Shown in pieces: positions 39,592 through 53,489 of a DNA stretch of 64,000 nt; positions within the stretch are counted from its first letter, which is position 1; each line of letters starts with the position of its first letter. Position numbers and translations under genes: made by a program. Source of the DNA: Octopus sinensis. Taxonomy: Eukaryota. The stretch spans positions 15,574,464-15,638,463 of the forward strand of contig NC_043011.1 in NCBI RefSeq assembly GCF_006345805.1, in the 5' to 3' direction. The notes under the pieces were generated by a model. That model searched no databases and was not told where the DNA came from. It saw only the letters and a program-made list of their open reading frames with translations.

Positions 39592-39790
39592 TAGGCGGTG
39601 AGCTGGCAGAATTGTTAAAACCCCCACGTAAAATGCTGAGCGACATTTCGTCCATCTTTACGTTCTGAGTTCAAATTGGACCAAGGTCGGCTTTGCTGTT
39701 AATTTTTTTTCTGGGTAAATAAAATATGTACCAGTTGAGCACTGAGTGAGATTTACCTCCTACCTCCAAATTGCAGGCCTTGTGCCAAAA
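39592..39790 (+). mobile_element. SINE family B variant
   Basis: TAGGCGGTGAGCTGGCAGAA...GAGTTCAAATT...GTACCAGTTGAGCACTG. Confidence 0.8.
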
Positions 39791-39950
39791 TCATTATTAC
39801 CAATCTTTAGAAAAAGCGATTGCAAAAACTAAAAGAATGGCCTGACCTGACCTACTTAACAATCCACCTCCCATATTCTCGTACTATCTTTCATTTGTGT
39901 TTTCAGAAATTTAACTCTTACATTATCAAATTCTATCTTCTTCATTATCT

Positions 39951-40090
39951 TAGGCGCAACCGTGGCTGTGTGCCAACAAGCTTTGTTACCAATCACAACG
40001 TTGGAGGTTCTGTCACACTACTAAAGCCTCGGACCGACCAAAGCCTTGTTAGTGGTTTTGGTAGAGGGAACCTGAAAGTAACCGGTCATA
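39951..40090 (+). mobile_element. SINE family A head (diverged)
   Basis: TAGGCGCAACCGTGGCTGTGTG...CTCGGACCGACCAAAGCCTTG, followed by (CATA)n/(CTAT)n. Confidence 0.75.
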
Positions 40091-40116
40091 TATATGCAAT
40101 ATACATACATACATAC

Positions 40117-40175
<59 letters not shown>

Positions 40176-40265
40176 CGTATGTCATTATTCAGTTCCATTT
40201 CAATGCGTTTTAGAGAAAGAGCCAAGGCTCCTTTGTTGGAATTTCAACATCAACAACAGGGTATG

Positions 40266-40301
<36 letters not shown>

Positions 40302-40323
40302 TGTATGTATGTATGTATGTATG

Positions 40324-40356
<33 letters not shown>

Positions 40357-40429
40357 GTGCAGATTTGTATGTCTTGTTTTATGTATGTATTGTTATGCAT
40401 ATAGTTACATATCTAGATAGGCTCATGTA

Positions 40430-41066
40430 TATATAAATGCTAGTCTTCTGGAAAGTTTTATAGATTTTTACAGTGCCAGTGATGGATGGGATCTGTATGC
40501 TTCGAATTAGCTTTCTCCCTTCTGATTTTGAGAAGTCTAATATCTCAAGATTGGTATCTGGGCAGTGCGTTACATATCCCAGTGCCATAATAATTACAGG
40601 TATAAACCTAAAATTGTAATCTGGATAGAGTAACTGTAAGTTTCTCAATAGTTCAGCGTAAGTATTCTCTTTTCCATTGATCTTCAGCTTTATGTTAACA
40701 TCCGCTGGGCAACTAATTTCCACAACTGTGCACAGCTTCTCTTCTCTATCCCAAATCATTATATCAAGTGTGTTGTGCTTATATTTTAGTGAGATCTTCA
40801 CTGGGACATTCCACCCGCCCCCCTTTTAATTATAAGTGGCTATGTCTTTTACCAGACTAATTTATTTGTCCTTGGGGTTATCCTTCCGATGGATTTCATT
40901 ATAGAGTATCCTAGCTCCAGCATCATGTCTCAACGGTAGATAAAACCGTGATGACATTTTTCGACAGCTGCTTTTGATGTGTGTGATATCTTCAGTGTTA
41001 ACCCCAGAAAGTCTGCATCGTTGTCACATTTTACTGCTTTTCATGGATCTCTATCACTTTTGTACA
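40430..41066 (-). pseudogene. 3' fragment of an RLE-type non-LTR retrotransposon (zinc knuckle plus restriction-like endonuclease)
   Basis: RCRLSGVNTEDITHIKSSC...RHD (CCHC-like), then HNTLDIMIWDREEKLCTVVEISCPADVNI...KENTY...PVIIMALG. The subfamily is clearly diverged from the 47 kb copy. Confidence 0.85.
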
Positions 41067-41093
41067 GGTATGTATGCATATATGTATGTATGT

Positions 41094-41640
41094 CAGGTCA
41101 CTTTCGAGTGCTACTGGTAACATGTAACCCAGAACAATCTGTTGCATGGTCGGGTCGTCGGCGACTAAACCGGTAACCCCACCAAGCTTGCTTGGTGAGG
41201 AGTGTGTTTATTGGACAACCTGCGGGATGAAAAACAAAACCCGTCAAAGGGCGGAGGAACTCTTGACAGTCAACGGCCATGCAATAGATGTCTTAAGGCT
41301 GTATCATGCGCGGGGACATAAAGATAATCGGACTGAATACCCGATCGCGCGGTTAAACCATTGGGAGTGAAGGATTCCTAGCCTTTGTTAAGGCATCCTT
41401 CTAGGAGAAGGTAACTCAGGTAACTGGGATAACTCCGGCATAAAACCTGTGGCTCAGTGGTTACCGATGATGTTGACTTGTTCTTTTTGGATTATGGCTG
41501 CTGTTGCTTAGTGAGTGGGATTGACTCAATGCACAGCCTTTCCTCACTTTAAAAAAATCTTCTTGCTCTGGCATTGCACGATAACAACATTAATTAAGCT
41601 TCATGCAATGGCCGTACTAGATAACGAGGGTGGAGCCATC
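41094..41640 (+). mobile_element. 547-bp non-coding retroposon-like element flanked by (TATG)n
   Basis: An inverted second copy at 58803-59352 has the same ends. It contains TAGCC...AAGGCA...CTAGGAGAAGGTAACTC, similar to a motif I recall from RTE 5' UTRs. Confidence 0.8.
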
Positions 41641-42158
41641 ATGTATGTATGTATGTATTTATGTATGTATGTATGTATGTATGTATGTATGTATGTATGT
41701 ATGTATGTATGTATGTATGTATGTATGTGTTATGTATGTATGTATGTATGTATGTGTGTATGTATGTATGTATGTATGTATGTGTGTATGTATGTATGTA
41801 TGTATGTATGTATGTATGCATGTATGTATGTATGTATGTATGTATGTATGTATGTATGTATGTATGTATGTATGTATGTATGTATGTATGTATGTATGTA
41901 TGTGTGTATGTATGTATGTATGTATGTATGTATGTATGTATGTATGTATGTATGTATGTATGCATGTATGTATGTATGTATGTATGTATGTATGTATGTA
42001 TGTATGTATGTCTGTGTATGTATGTATGTGTATGTGTGTATGTATGTATGTATGTTTGTATGTATGTGTGTATATATGTATGTATGTATGTATGTGTGTA
42101 TGTATGTATGTATGTTATGTATGTATGTATGTATGTATGTATGTATGTATGTATGTAT
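41641..42158. repeat. (ATGT)n microsatellite, ~520 bp
   Basis: Directly visible. Confidence 0.97.
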
Positions 42159-43083
42159 AGAATAGAATATGCAGGGTTTAGTTATCTGATGATCTAAACG
42201 AATAGGTACGCTGCGTAAGTTCTATAATTGTTCCTCCATTAGTGTCCAAGTTCACAGTTGAGGTTGGAACTAGGGATCCGTAGCAGGCGTCCGCGTCAGC
42301 AGGTATATTTTAAAGGGGAATGGAGAGCAAAACCAAGGCACGGCAAGTATCTGCGGTCATTTAGTGTATTCAATACGAATAAGATGAATGAAAAAAATGA
42401 AATAGAATAATTAATGTCTCACAGCACATCCTTGGATATCCAGGTCATGGTGGGAACGTAAATGATAACAGGTCTGCTGGATCATCTTGTACCTAGCTCC
42501 AACAACTAAGAAAATTGCTAAACTACTCATAGCCTACTTGTCTAATTATCTTCTCACTTACGTACCTATGCTACTACTCATCCACGCATGCAAGTATTCA
42601 CGCACACACACACATATATATATGTATGCACATAAATATATATATATATATTCATATATATACACACGCACACACACGCATATATAAATATATATACACA
42701 TAAATACATACAAATATGTACATATGTCATCATATATCCACACATGTATACACCTACATATATAGACACACCTACAATACCAACCTACATTCCTACCAAT
42801 ATTTAACAGCCGTCTTCCACGTATCAACATTGTCAGGTGACTACCTACTTATCTGCAAAACTATCAACATATTTCTGTAGCCTTTCATGCTGTTCCGAGT
42901 GAAATTAACTCGACTGTTGACCGACATATCACACATCCAGTGCTTCAGACAACAAGTTGTTATATATTACATTTTTCTGGTGTTCAAATGGCTTTCAAAC
43001 GTCATTGTTGTCTGCATTCCAACAGAAAGTGGTATGTGGCTTATTATGAGAGTGGACCCCAATCCTTACGTCTTACACAATAG

Positions 43084-43169
<86 letters not shown>

Positions 43170-43186
43170 ATATATATATAATATAT

Positions 43187-43243
<57 letters not shown>

Positions 43244-43416
43244 TCGCACTCACTCACGTACACACATACATGTTTATATCTATATTTATAAATTGGTAGA
43301 GAGATATATAAGCATATATTTTTGTAAGCGCTCAGTCTCACATATATATGCATGCATAAAAACACAGACTAATACGTGTACATATATTTATTTGTGTGCG
43401 TGTGTGTAATAAAGAG

Positions 43417-43497
<81 letters not shown>

Positions 43498-43591
43498 TGT
43501 CTAGCGAATGTTTCAAAAAAAGATGGGTGAATGTAGCAAGTGTGGCACGTATGAATGATGAAGCCACCTTGAGCATAATCCTATGAACCAA

Positions 43592-43762
43592 GAAAAATTT
43601 AAAACAGAGAGTTACTTACTTGCTAATAAATGTGTTAACATGTGACATTATTGTCCGAGATTACCGTGGTCTTTTCCGTAAGCTTTTCTTTCCACGGATA
43701 AACCTTATCTGTTTCCCCCTTTACACTTTACAACATGACATTTCTATGATACACGATCCCTA
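43592..43762 (+). repeat. ~170-bp repeat, second copy at 44837-45006
   Basis: GAAAAATTTAAA.CAGAGAGTTACTTACTTGC...CCACGGATAAACCTTATCTG...ATACACGATCCCTA occurs at both sites. Confidence 0.88.
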
Positions 43763-44329
43763 TTGATCGTTTTTTTTTTCCTTTTTACGATCCCTTTTGA
43801 TCGAAAACCTACCCCACTTTTTTTCTCCCCAAAAAGAAAAGCTCTACTTTGTAATTTGTCCCGTCTTTGTGCACCCCTGTGTGGCTAATAAAGAAACATA
43901 TCTATCTATCTATCTACCTATCTACAAAATTAAGAGGAATGACCACTAAAGTGGACACCTAATATGCTAAACATAGATGTCAAATCGCCATTACCCTGAA
44001 GAATGTGTTCTCAAGAAAAATCTCACCAAAACGCCAAAAAGTAAGAATGAGCAAGACAAATGGAATTATACAAAATAAAAACGATTACCTACGTATCAAT
44101 GGTTTCATTTGTTAATATCTAAGTATGCAAACACGCAGACATCTGCAAGGTCGTCAGCGTAGTCTGTCGCTTACAAAACATAATTTCCAGAACTAGATAC
44201 AGACCGCTCAACCGAAATCTTCAGGTATAACGTTCTACAATTATATTGGAGTATATTTTTCAAATGTCTTCACTTTGGCACGTTGAAGCCGGAAATTCCT
44301 CTGCAGTTAATAAATTTCAGTAGCCAATC

Positions 44330-44815
<486 letters not shown>

Positions 44816-46934
44816 TATATATATTTATCTAACCGGGAAAAATTTAAAGCAGAGAGTTACTTACTTGCAAATAAATGTGTTAACATGTGACATTATTGAT
44901 CGAGGTTAACGTAGTCTTTTCCGTAGGCTTTTCTTTCCACGGATAAACCTTATCTGCTTCCCCTTTACACTTTACATCATGACATTTCTGTGATACACGA
45001 TCCCTAGGGGTAAGTAACTTACCCTTAACAAAAAAATTAGGTGGGTTACAAACAGCACCACACGCAGATTGATGCATTATTACAACTTGATTTTATATAG
45101 GCGCGTAAGCTTCTTAAAACAGCTTAACAATCAATGCCATCACCACGTAGTAAGAAAGTGGTATGTTGTCAACTATCTCAAACTGATGAGATTTTTTTGT
45201 GTAACCTCAAGAGGTGCTTAATTGAGATGCACTCAGGTCTCTATATGTGTGTGCTTGTGTTTACGTGTGACAGTCTGTGCACGCGCTTTTATGTGTGTAT
45301 GCGTGCGTGTGTCTCCAATGGGAATAGTAGAGAACATCACTTTAACGTGAAGTAAAGTATAACATTGCATAGGGCTGAGAGTCATTCAGTGTTGATGGAA
45401 ATATTCTTTAACATCCTAATATCCTCAGTCCACTATCAAAAGTAATTTCCTCTAATAATATATCATAATATATTTTTCCTTCACGGCCATATAATGGGGT
45501 GTATAAAAGAATTTAATATCATTTCTAAGATAACAATTTTATTTCAATATCAGTTAATTAATATCGGTTGTGTAAGTCAATGGCTAGATATTATCCGTGT
45601 TTGTAGTTACATCCCAGGGAAAATAAATCAATCAGATGGGAACATATGTTAGTTTTTATGGGCTTCATTAAGCGTTAACTACTCTTTGGAGCATTGCTAC
45701 ACCGCAACTCTTATATTATTGGTTTGTAATTTTTTGTGCTTAAATAATATCCACGCAATATATTTCCTACATTTTCTGTGAGAAAGAAAAGTAGTGTGAA
45801 AATTATTTTGAAAATAATAAAGAACGTTGAACAGAATTTCATATATTATCATTCTCTCTTTTAAAGTTTCAAAGGAATTCCAAAGAACACTCAAAGGTAT
45901 ATTCTATGGAAATTAAATGAGTTCTTTTTTAGAATTATTGAATTACGATGAATATTTTTCAAACTGTACTAAGTTCTCCCTTGAAGGAAGTCAATATGAG
46001 AATATTGTGGTGTAACTAGAAGTAACGTAAAAATGAGAATAAAACTCTCCATCGTAATATGTAAAAAGAAATGCACATTCTCTACCATTTCAAATAGCAA
46101 ATAAATATTTCACAAAATGGATTAGAAACTATCTCTATTGAAGAAAAGATCCCATTCAAAACAAACACACTCACACGTACATCCGCAAAAGAAAAAAAAA
46201 CATAGCATCTATTTCGATTGAAATGTTCATTCTTATTTCCATCATTAAAAACGAAAGCAAACATTTGTATTCATTTCTTTTGTAAAGAAAAAGTACGAAT
46301 ACAATTAAAATAGAATTCAGTTCTTATTTGGTGTGCATATGCTCTACTCGAATGTTTAACAGTATTCCTTGATTTTATTTAGAAGTAATCGAATATTAAT
46401 TTAAGTCGTTTAACTTTTACAAAGTGCAAAGCACTTCTCTGAGGGTTTCTAAAGTATATACATATTAATAATTAGAGGAAAACAATTTCAAAATTTGGAT
46501 CATATATACTCTAGAAGTCTTTCAAATTTTCTCCTGATTTCTCTTGACAAGCGTAAAGTGAAGAATTGATGAGTGCTTCTGTCGTAAAAAACATTTAAAC
46601 GATGATAGATAAAAACAGAAAATAAATACCCAGATACGTCATCAGCCCGAAAACAACTATACCCAAGTTGGTGACATCACAATTAATTTAATGAAGGAGA
46701 AGTTTAATTGACTAAAAATGAAATACGGCGAAGAGAATAATATAGGTTGACAAATACAAATTGTACCTCACAGCGGTAACTCCAGTAACGTTTCGGAATA
46801 ATTAGACATTTTCAGCTTAACATAGCCTTCAGTGTATTTGTTAAGTTAGTGACGACACTCTGGTATCACTTCAGACAAAATTCTTAGCGGCTTTTCCTCC
46901 GTCTTCATGTTCTAATTTAAATTACCACTTTTGG

Positions 46935-47057
46935 AGCCTTTTGGAGGCAATAAAAATTAGTACCAGTCGAGCATTGGGATCGATGCAGTCGTGTACTGGA
47001 ATCGATGCTATTCTCATCCTCCAACATTTCAGGCGTTGTATCTGTAGTAGAAAGGAC

Positions 47058-47142
<85 letters not shown>
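46935..47142 (+). mobile_element. SINE family B-like 3' fragment ending in a (TAT)n tail (47058-47142)
   Basis: AAAATTAGTACCAGTCGAGCATTGGGATCGATG resembles the family B core. It runs into GTAGAAAGGAC-TATTATT. Confidence 0.6.
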
Positions 47143-50100
47143 GTCATTTACTTTTAATCTGCATGTTTGATGCATCATCACTGCCGGGGCACACACCCAG
47201 CGCCCCTAGGCAAGTGAAGGTTAAGAGTTGTTGAAATATAGCTGAAAGCTTGTGGAGGGGAAGTAGAGAAATATCTCCATGTGATACAACACAAACATTT
47301 TCATTGATAGGGTTTTTCTAAGGATGTGGGCAGTACTTGTTGGCATAATCTTTTGGATTTCCTTGAGACATGGTTCTTCAGGGATATTGTCTAGGTGTTT
47401 CTGACATCCTTTTTTTTTATCATACCTAGGGCACCTACAATAACAGGAACAGTTTTTGTTTTAAGATTCCACATCTTTTGTATTTCGATTTCCAGCTCCT
47501 TATACTTGCTAAGTTTGTCAAATTCCTTTACAGATATATTGTTATCAGTGAGGATGCTTACCTCTATTAGTCTGCAGGTATTTTCTTCCCTGTCTTTAAC
47601 AATTATGTCTGGTCGATTAGCCTTGATCGTTCTGTCAGTGTTGACTGGAAAATCCCAGAAGATGGTGACATTTTTACCTTCAACAACTGGCTGAGGATGA
47701 TGTTCATACCAGTTAGCAGGAATGCCGAATTTGTAGCGTTTACATATCTTCCAATGTATATACTGTCCTACCCTATCGTGGCAATTTTTGTATTCGTTTG
47801 GTGTCAGCACAGGACATCCCGAAACGAGATGGTCTATTGTTTCGTCAAATGTGTCGTAGAATCTGCATTTAGGGTCAGTACCGTTACGGAGAACGCTAGC
47901 CTGGTAATTTCTGGTAAACAAGCTTTGATCTTGTGCTGCCAGTATGAAGCCTTCAGTTTCTGCTTTCAATCCTGAACTCTTCAGCCACTGATGGGTTGTT
48001 GCTTGGTCTACATCAGCATTTTGGCTTCGGAGAATATATTGTCCATGCAGGGGTTTCTGGCTCCACCGCCTCTCAATTTGATTCTGCCCGTTCTTTTTTG
48101 CAGTCTGCTTGATTCGCTTTGCTTGCTTCGTAGCAGTGGTTTCCGGCTCTTCATCTGATTCAAGGTTAATGTCTAGTTACCTTTTGAACTTATAAGCTTC
48201 CTTGACAATAGAATGCAGCTTTTTGCTGCTTTCGTGTTCGCACACAAGTCGCAGCATCCAGTCCTTTGTACTAGATAGGTACCTGTTCATTCCTACAGTG
48301 GAGGTCTTATAGCACAGCTCTAATTGCATCGTTCCTCTCCCCCCGCTGCTTCTAGGTAGGTACAGGCGGTCTACATCTGCCCTAAGGTGGTGCATGTTCT
48401 TGGATGTGAGTAATTTTCTTGTCTTCCTGTCCAAGCGTTGGAGTTCCGTAAGGTTCCTGTTAATGATGTTAAAACTGTACTGGACTACTGGAAGTGCCAG
48501 GGTGTTAATGACCTCAATGCAATTTTTGGAGTTGAGTTCAGTCTTCAGTACAAGCCTTATTCTCCTATAGTATTCCTTTCTTATTTTTTCCTTCATAGTA
48601 GCATGATGTATACCATCTCCTTTGTTGATTCCTAGGTATTTGTAACTTTCTTGTGGGTCAAGTTACTTGATGGTAGTGTCAATTTAACAGAATCTGTTTG
48701 CCTGAGCTTGCCTCTTACAAAAGTTGCTTTAGCACTCTTATCAAGGCCAAAATCCATTTCGATATCATTGCTAAACTCTTTAACAGTTGTTGGCAGCCCT
48801 TCTAGCTCTTGGTCATTCCTGGCAAACAGCTTAGGTTCGTCCATATAGAAAAAGTGGTTTATTTACTTACTAAAGACTTTGTACCCATATCTGGTACTAT
48901 CCAATTCGTTTGAGAGTGGGATCAGTGCCATGCAAAAAAGTAATGGAGAGAGGGAGTCACCTTGAAAGATGCCACGTTTGATGTTGATGCTTTTGGACTG
49001 GCTCATCCCATTACTATGGCTTAGAAAGAGACGTGTGTTCCACACGGTCATGCTATTCTGTAAGAATTTTGAGACGACAGGAGAGATCTTGTATATCTCA
49101 AGGGCCTTGAGTATCCATTTATGTGGGACACTGTCAAACGCTTTCCTGTAGTCTATCCATGCCATACTCAGGTTTTTGTTTTTGCTCCGGCAATTCTCTA
49201 CAATCATTCTGTTTATGAGCAATTGGTCTTTGCACCCATAAGAGTTTCTTTTACAACCTTTTTGAGCTTGTGGAAGGATAGAGTTTTGTTCAAGGAAAGC
49301 GTACATTCTCTCCGTTATTATGGATATGAGGATTTTGTAGGCGGTGTTGAGACATGTTATTGGCCGATAATTCTTTGGGTTTTTTGTGTCTTCGGTTTTA
49401 GGTAATAGGTAGGTGGCTCCTTCAGTCAGCCAAGCAGGTATTTGCTCTGTGTTCTGAATGACATCAGACAGAGATCCATGAGATTTTCGTGTACCTCTGT
49501 CAAACAATTCAGCCAGAAGTTAGGGATCCGATCCAGTCCTGGGGTTTTCCATTTATGAGCCTTCCTAAGGACACACCTTAGCTTCTCTATTCTTATTGCT
49601 TCCCATTTCTGTTCTTCAAGTTCATCCAGTCTCTCTTTCTCAGCATTAAACTCTTTTTCGTTGCTCCATACCTTCTTCCAGAACTCATCCACTTCCTCAA
49701 TCTTAGGTGGATCTTCTATGTATATTTTATTTTTCCCAATTTCCCTATAAAATTTCTTTGCATCTGTCTTAAATTTATTTTGTCGATAAAATCTGTTTCT
49801 TTTGTCATACTTTCTAAGCCGTAGGGCTTTCAACTGTATCCGTTGTTTCAACAATTCCTTAGTTGCGGGGAGGTTTATGAGGTCTTTGATTTTATATTTT
49901 TGCTTGATTTTTCTAGCTTTTCTCGACTTAATATTCACTCCTCTAGCAAGCTCATCGAGAACTGAAACATCCGCCCGCAGAGATTCAATCTCTTTTTGTA
50001 TCGCTTAGGAGGTTCATTGACATGCCTGGCCTTTTTATTTGTCATCTTAATACCTAGTTGGGTAGTTACTACTTTAGCAGTGGAATAGATGAGATTATTT

Positions 50101-51455
50101 AAGGTTGTCAGATCATTCCCCTTATTTCTTAAAACCTGTCCTAGGGCAACGTTATATGTCATGATTGTGTTGTTATTCCTTGTGCCGTTTGAAAGCTTTG
50201 GTAGCGGTTCTCTATTAACCATGTCAGTGAGCTCAATCTTGCCGAGTTCTCTCATAATGTCCACTTTTGCTTCCATAATCTTTTCTCTATTATTCACCTC
50301 AAATTCTATGCCATATCTAATTTGGTTTTCTTGGGGAGGTCTACGTTCTCCTTTTTTTTCAAATCTCTCTTCTTCGCTATTCTTTGTTTAACTTCCCCAT
50401 TGGGAAGTTGATTTACCGCTTGTACACTGGCTTCTGTGCTACTGTTACCTATTTTGTCTACATTGTTGCTGTTTTCTTTTGGTCTACCATGAGCTATTAG
50501 TGTTCTAATTTGGTCAATTTCAGTGTCAGTTAGTCTTTTGTTTTTAATTATATCTCTGCGTACATTACTTAATTTATTTGCGTCTATATATCTACGTACT
50601 TCGTTGCCTACGGAATTTCTCCATGAGATGTATTTTTGTACACTGAGGTTATTGTTTGGGTTTAGTTGGGCTGTATAAAAAGCTTTCAACACATTTCTAT
50701 AGTCCTCTCTGGTCCATTTTATACGTTTTGCTTTAGGTGGTGTTTTTGGTGCTGTCACTACAAGTCCAGAGTTAGAAGTATTCTGGTTCTGGTCACCTGG
50801 TAGATCGTCATTTTGAGAGTTTGTTCCAGCAGCAAACTTTTCGACCCCAGTCTGGTTCCCTACTGGGTAACGCGGTCCTTGTTGCCCTGGCGATGACCGA
50901 TCCGGCATGATTTTTGGCTTGTTTTCACTAAATGATTGACGGCGACATCAGAGGGGTCCATTTTTTCAGAGTCAACTTTTTGACAAGACGCCGCTTCTGT
51001 GACGGTGACGTTAGAAGAAGGGACTGTTTGTACAGGGTCAACTTTTTGACAAGACACCGCTTCTGAATTCTCCGAATTAATATATTGGTCATATCGAACT
51101 TGCATGAGACTTACAGATCCAAATTCGCCTCTATTTCTTTTGGTAGACATGTTTCCGGGCATAACTGTTCAGTGACTTCTAAATTCAGTGACCAATTTGC
51201 TCTTGTTTGCGTTTGTTCGTGAAAAATCGCTTTGTTTTTGTTTTGTTTCGTCCGCGACACGCCACGTGGTTTGTCTTTCTGTGTGTACGTGTGAGCGCGT
51301 GTAAGCATTATTTATGCTTTATAATTAAAATGTGTACGTGTATGCATAAACAGTTGCATATATACTTATTTAATTAATTAATTAATTAATCAATCAATTT
51401 ATGTACTCACTGTCTTTCAAGAGCTCTGATGTTCGCTTCTGGAAATATTATGCAT
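47143..51455 (-). mobile_element. Near full-length R4/Dong-clade non-LTR retrotransposon (~4.3 kb) within (TAA)n
   Basis: It has single-ORF architecture without an AP endonuclease, with 5' and 3' UTRs. (TAT)n arrays abut both ends (47058-47142 and 51456-51630). Confidence 0.88.
47300..51162 (-). pseudogene. Frameshifted RT-RLE polyprotein of the R4/Dong-like element
   Basis: Collinear ORF pieces: RIKWTRED (N-terminal domain), KNYRPITCL, GCKDQLLIN, WIDYRKAFDSVPH, GIFQGDSLSPLLF, HFFYMDE.KLFA, LYLPRSSGGRG, CRFYD..DETIDHLVSGC (CCHC) and NRPDIIVKD...IEVS...KE.DKLSKY (RLE). About 8 frame breaks. Confidence 0.92.
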
Positions 51456-51630
51456 ATTATTATTATTATATTATTATTATTATTATTATTATTATAATAT
51501 TATTATTATTATTATATTATTATTATTAATATTATTATTATTATTAGTATTATCATTATCATTATTATTATTATTATTCTTATTATTATTATATTATTAT
51601 TATTATTATTATTACTATTATTATTATCAC
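51456..51630. repeat. Imperfect (TAT)n microsatellite
   Basis: Directly visible. Confidence 0.95.
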
Positions 51631-51791
51631 CGTCATTAATCTTGTATGCAGTACAAATTGCTTCGAACCCAAATTAAATCTATAAAGGGTAGAAACGGTT
51701 ATTTCTCCATTTTATGTTTCTCAATTCATATTGTTCACAGTTACAATGGATTCACTAGAAGATTTTTCAATGTGTGAAAATAGTTATTTAT

Positions 51792-52172
51792 CTCTTTTAC
51801 TCTTTTACTTGTTTCAGTCATTTGACTGCGGCCACGCTGGAGCACCGCCTGTAGTCGAGCAACTCGACCCCGGGACTTATTCTTTGTAAGCCCAGTACTT
51901 ATTCTATCGGTCTCTTTTGCCGAACCGCTAACTGACGGGGACGTAAACACATCAGCATCGGTTGTCAAGCGATGTGGGGTGAGTGGGGCAAACACAACAC
52001 ACAAACATACACATATATATATATATACGACGGGCTTCTTTCAGTTTCCGTCTACCAAATCCACTCACAAGGCATTGGTCGGCCCGGGGCTATAGCAGAA
52101 GACATTTGCCCAAGTGGGATTGGACCCGGAACCATGTAGTTGGTTAGCAAGCTACTTACCACACAGCCACTC
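51792..52172 (-). mobile_element. SINE family A
   Basis: Reverse-complement homology to 6873-7312 with a short internal TA/CA tract. Confidence 0.92.
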
Positions 52173-52999
52173 TCGTTATTGTTTAACCACAGAGTCAGGC
52201 CTGGACTCTCAAATTTCTAATGGAAGGAATTCTATATTTTTCTTATGTGCAACACGTCAGGACAACACTGTTCAATATTTGCTTTTCTAAAGTGGTGTGG
52301 ATGTGTTTTGAGGGACATTTTGGCTGCATTTTCTAGCTGGACATGTGATCACTTAAGCCCTCTCACATGGTCCCAATTTGAAGTAGTTGTAAATTTAAAT
52401 AGATGTGGAAATGTTTCATGCTTTGTATCAAATGAAATATATTCACAAAATACTAGATTAACTGGTCATTTAAGGTTACATATCAACATCATTGTGTATT
52501 GGGCAACTGTTTTATTGTAATGTTGAGAACGAGATTCATAAATATTTAGAAAGTTCTTTGAAGAATATTTGCGATCACATATGTCCGATTATTTAAAATA
52601 CACTGGGGAAAAATAAAATACAACACGAATATCATTAACATATTATCAAAGGCAGGAATTTTCAACGAGGTTTTAAAATGGCAAACAAATATAACCATAT
52701 ATCACAATCGTTTGAAATTTCTATACTGAAAGATAATATACATGAGATCCTAAACAAATTACACTTATGTGTGCACGCCTGGTTTATATGATACACTCCC
52801 TTCAACTTTTGTTACTAAATGATGTCTCAAACAAACCATGAGCATATTCACGAAATAATACCAGCAAGGTATAAAACATACTTCTTTAATTATGCCCTAC
52901 TTCCGTTAAAATAAAAATTATCAATTATGAAGGAACTACACGTGTTTCAGTATTGGAAGATAATAATATACATACATACATACATACAACATACATACA

Positions 53000-53035
<36 letters not shown>

Positions 53036-53044
53036 TATATGCAT

Positions 53045-53229
53045 ATATACGAGGGGCTTCTTTCAGTTTCTCTCTACCAAATCTTTGGTCGGTTCGAGGC
53101 TATAGTAGAAGAAACTTGCCCAAGGTGCCACGCAGTGGGACTGAACCCGGAACCATGTGGTCCCAAAGCAAGCTACTTACCACACAACTACTTCTACGCG
53201 TATATGTATATACATACATGTATGTATAG

Positions 53230-53315
<86 letters not shown>

Positions 53316-53470
53316 CTTTACGTGTACGTGTATGTGTGTTTGTAACCGTACCATCGCTTAACAACCGATGTTGCTGTGTTTATGTCGCCGTAACTTGATC
53401 GTTTGGCGAAGTACAGCGTTAGAATAAGTACTAGGCTTAGAAAGAATGAATCCTGGAGTCGATTTCGTCC
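53045..53470. mobile_element. SINE family A head on - (53045-53200) and tail on + (53335-53470), separated by (TA)n(TG)n
   Basis: Each half matches family A, but they are in opposite orientations. Confidence 0.75.
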
Positions 53471-53489
53471 ACCTAGTTTTAATAATAAT

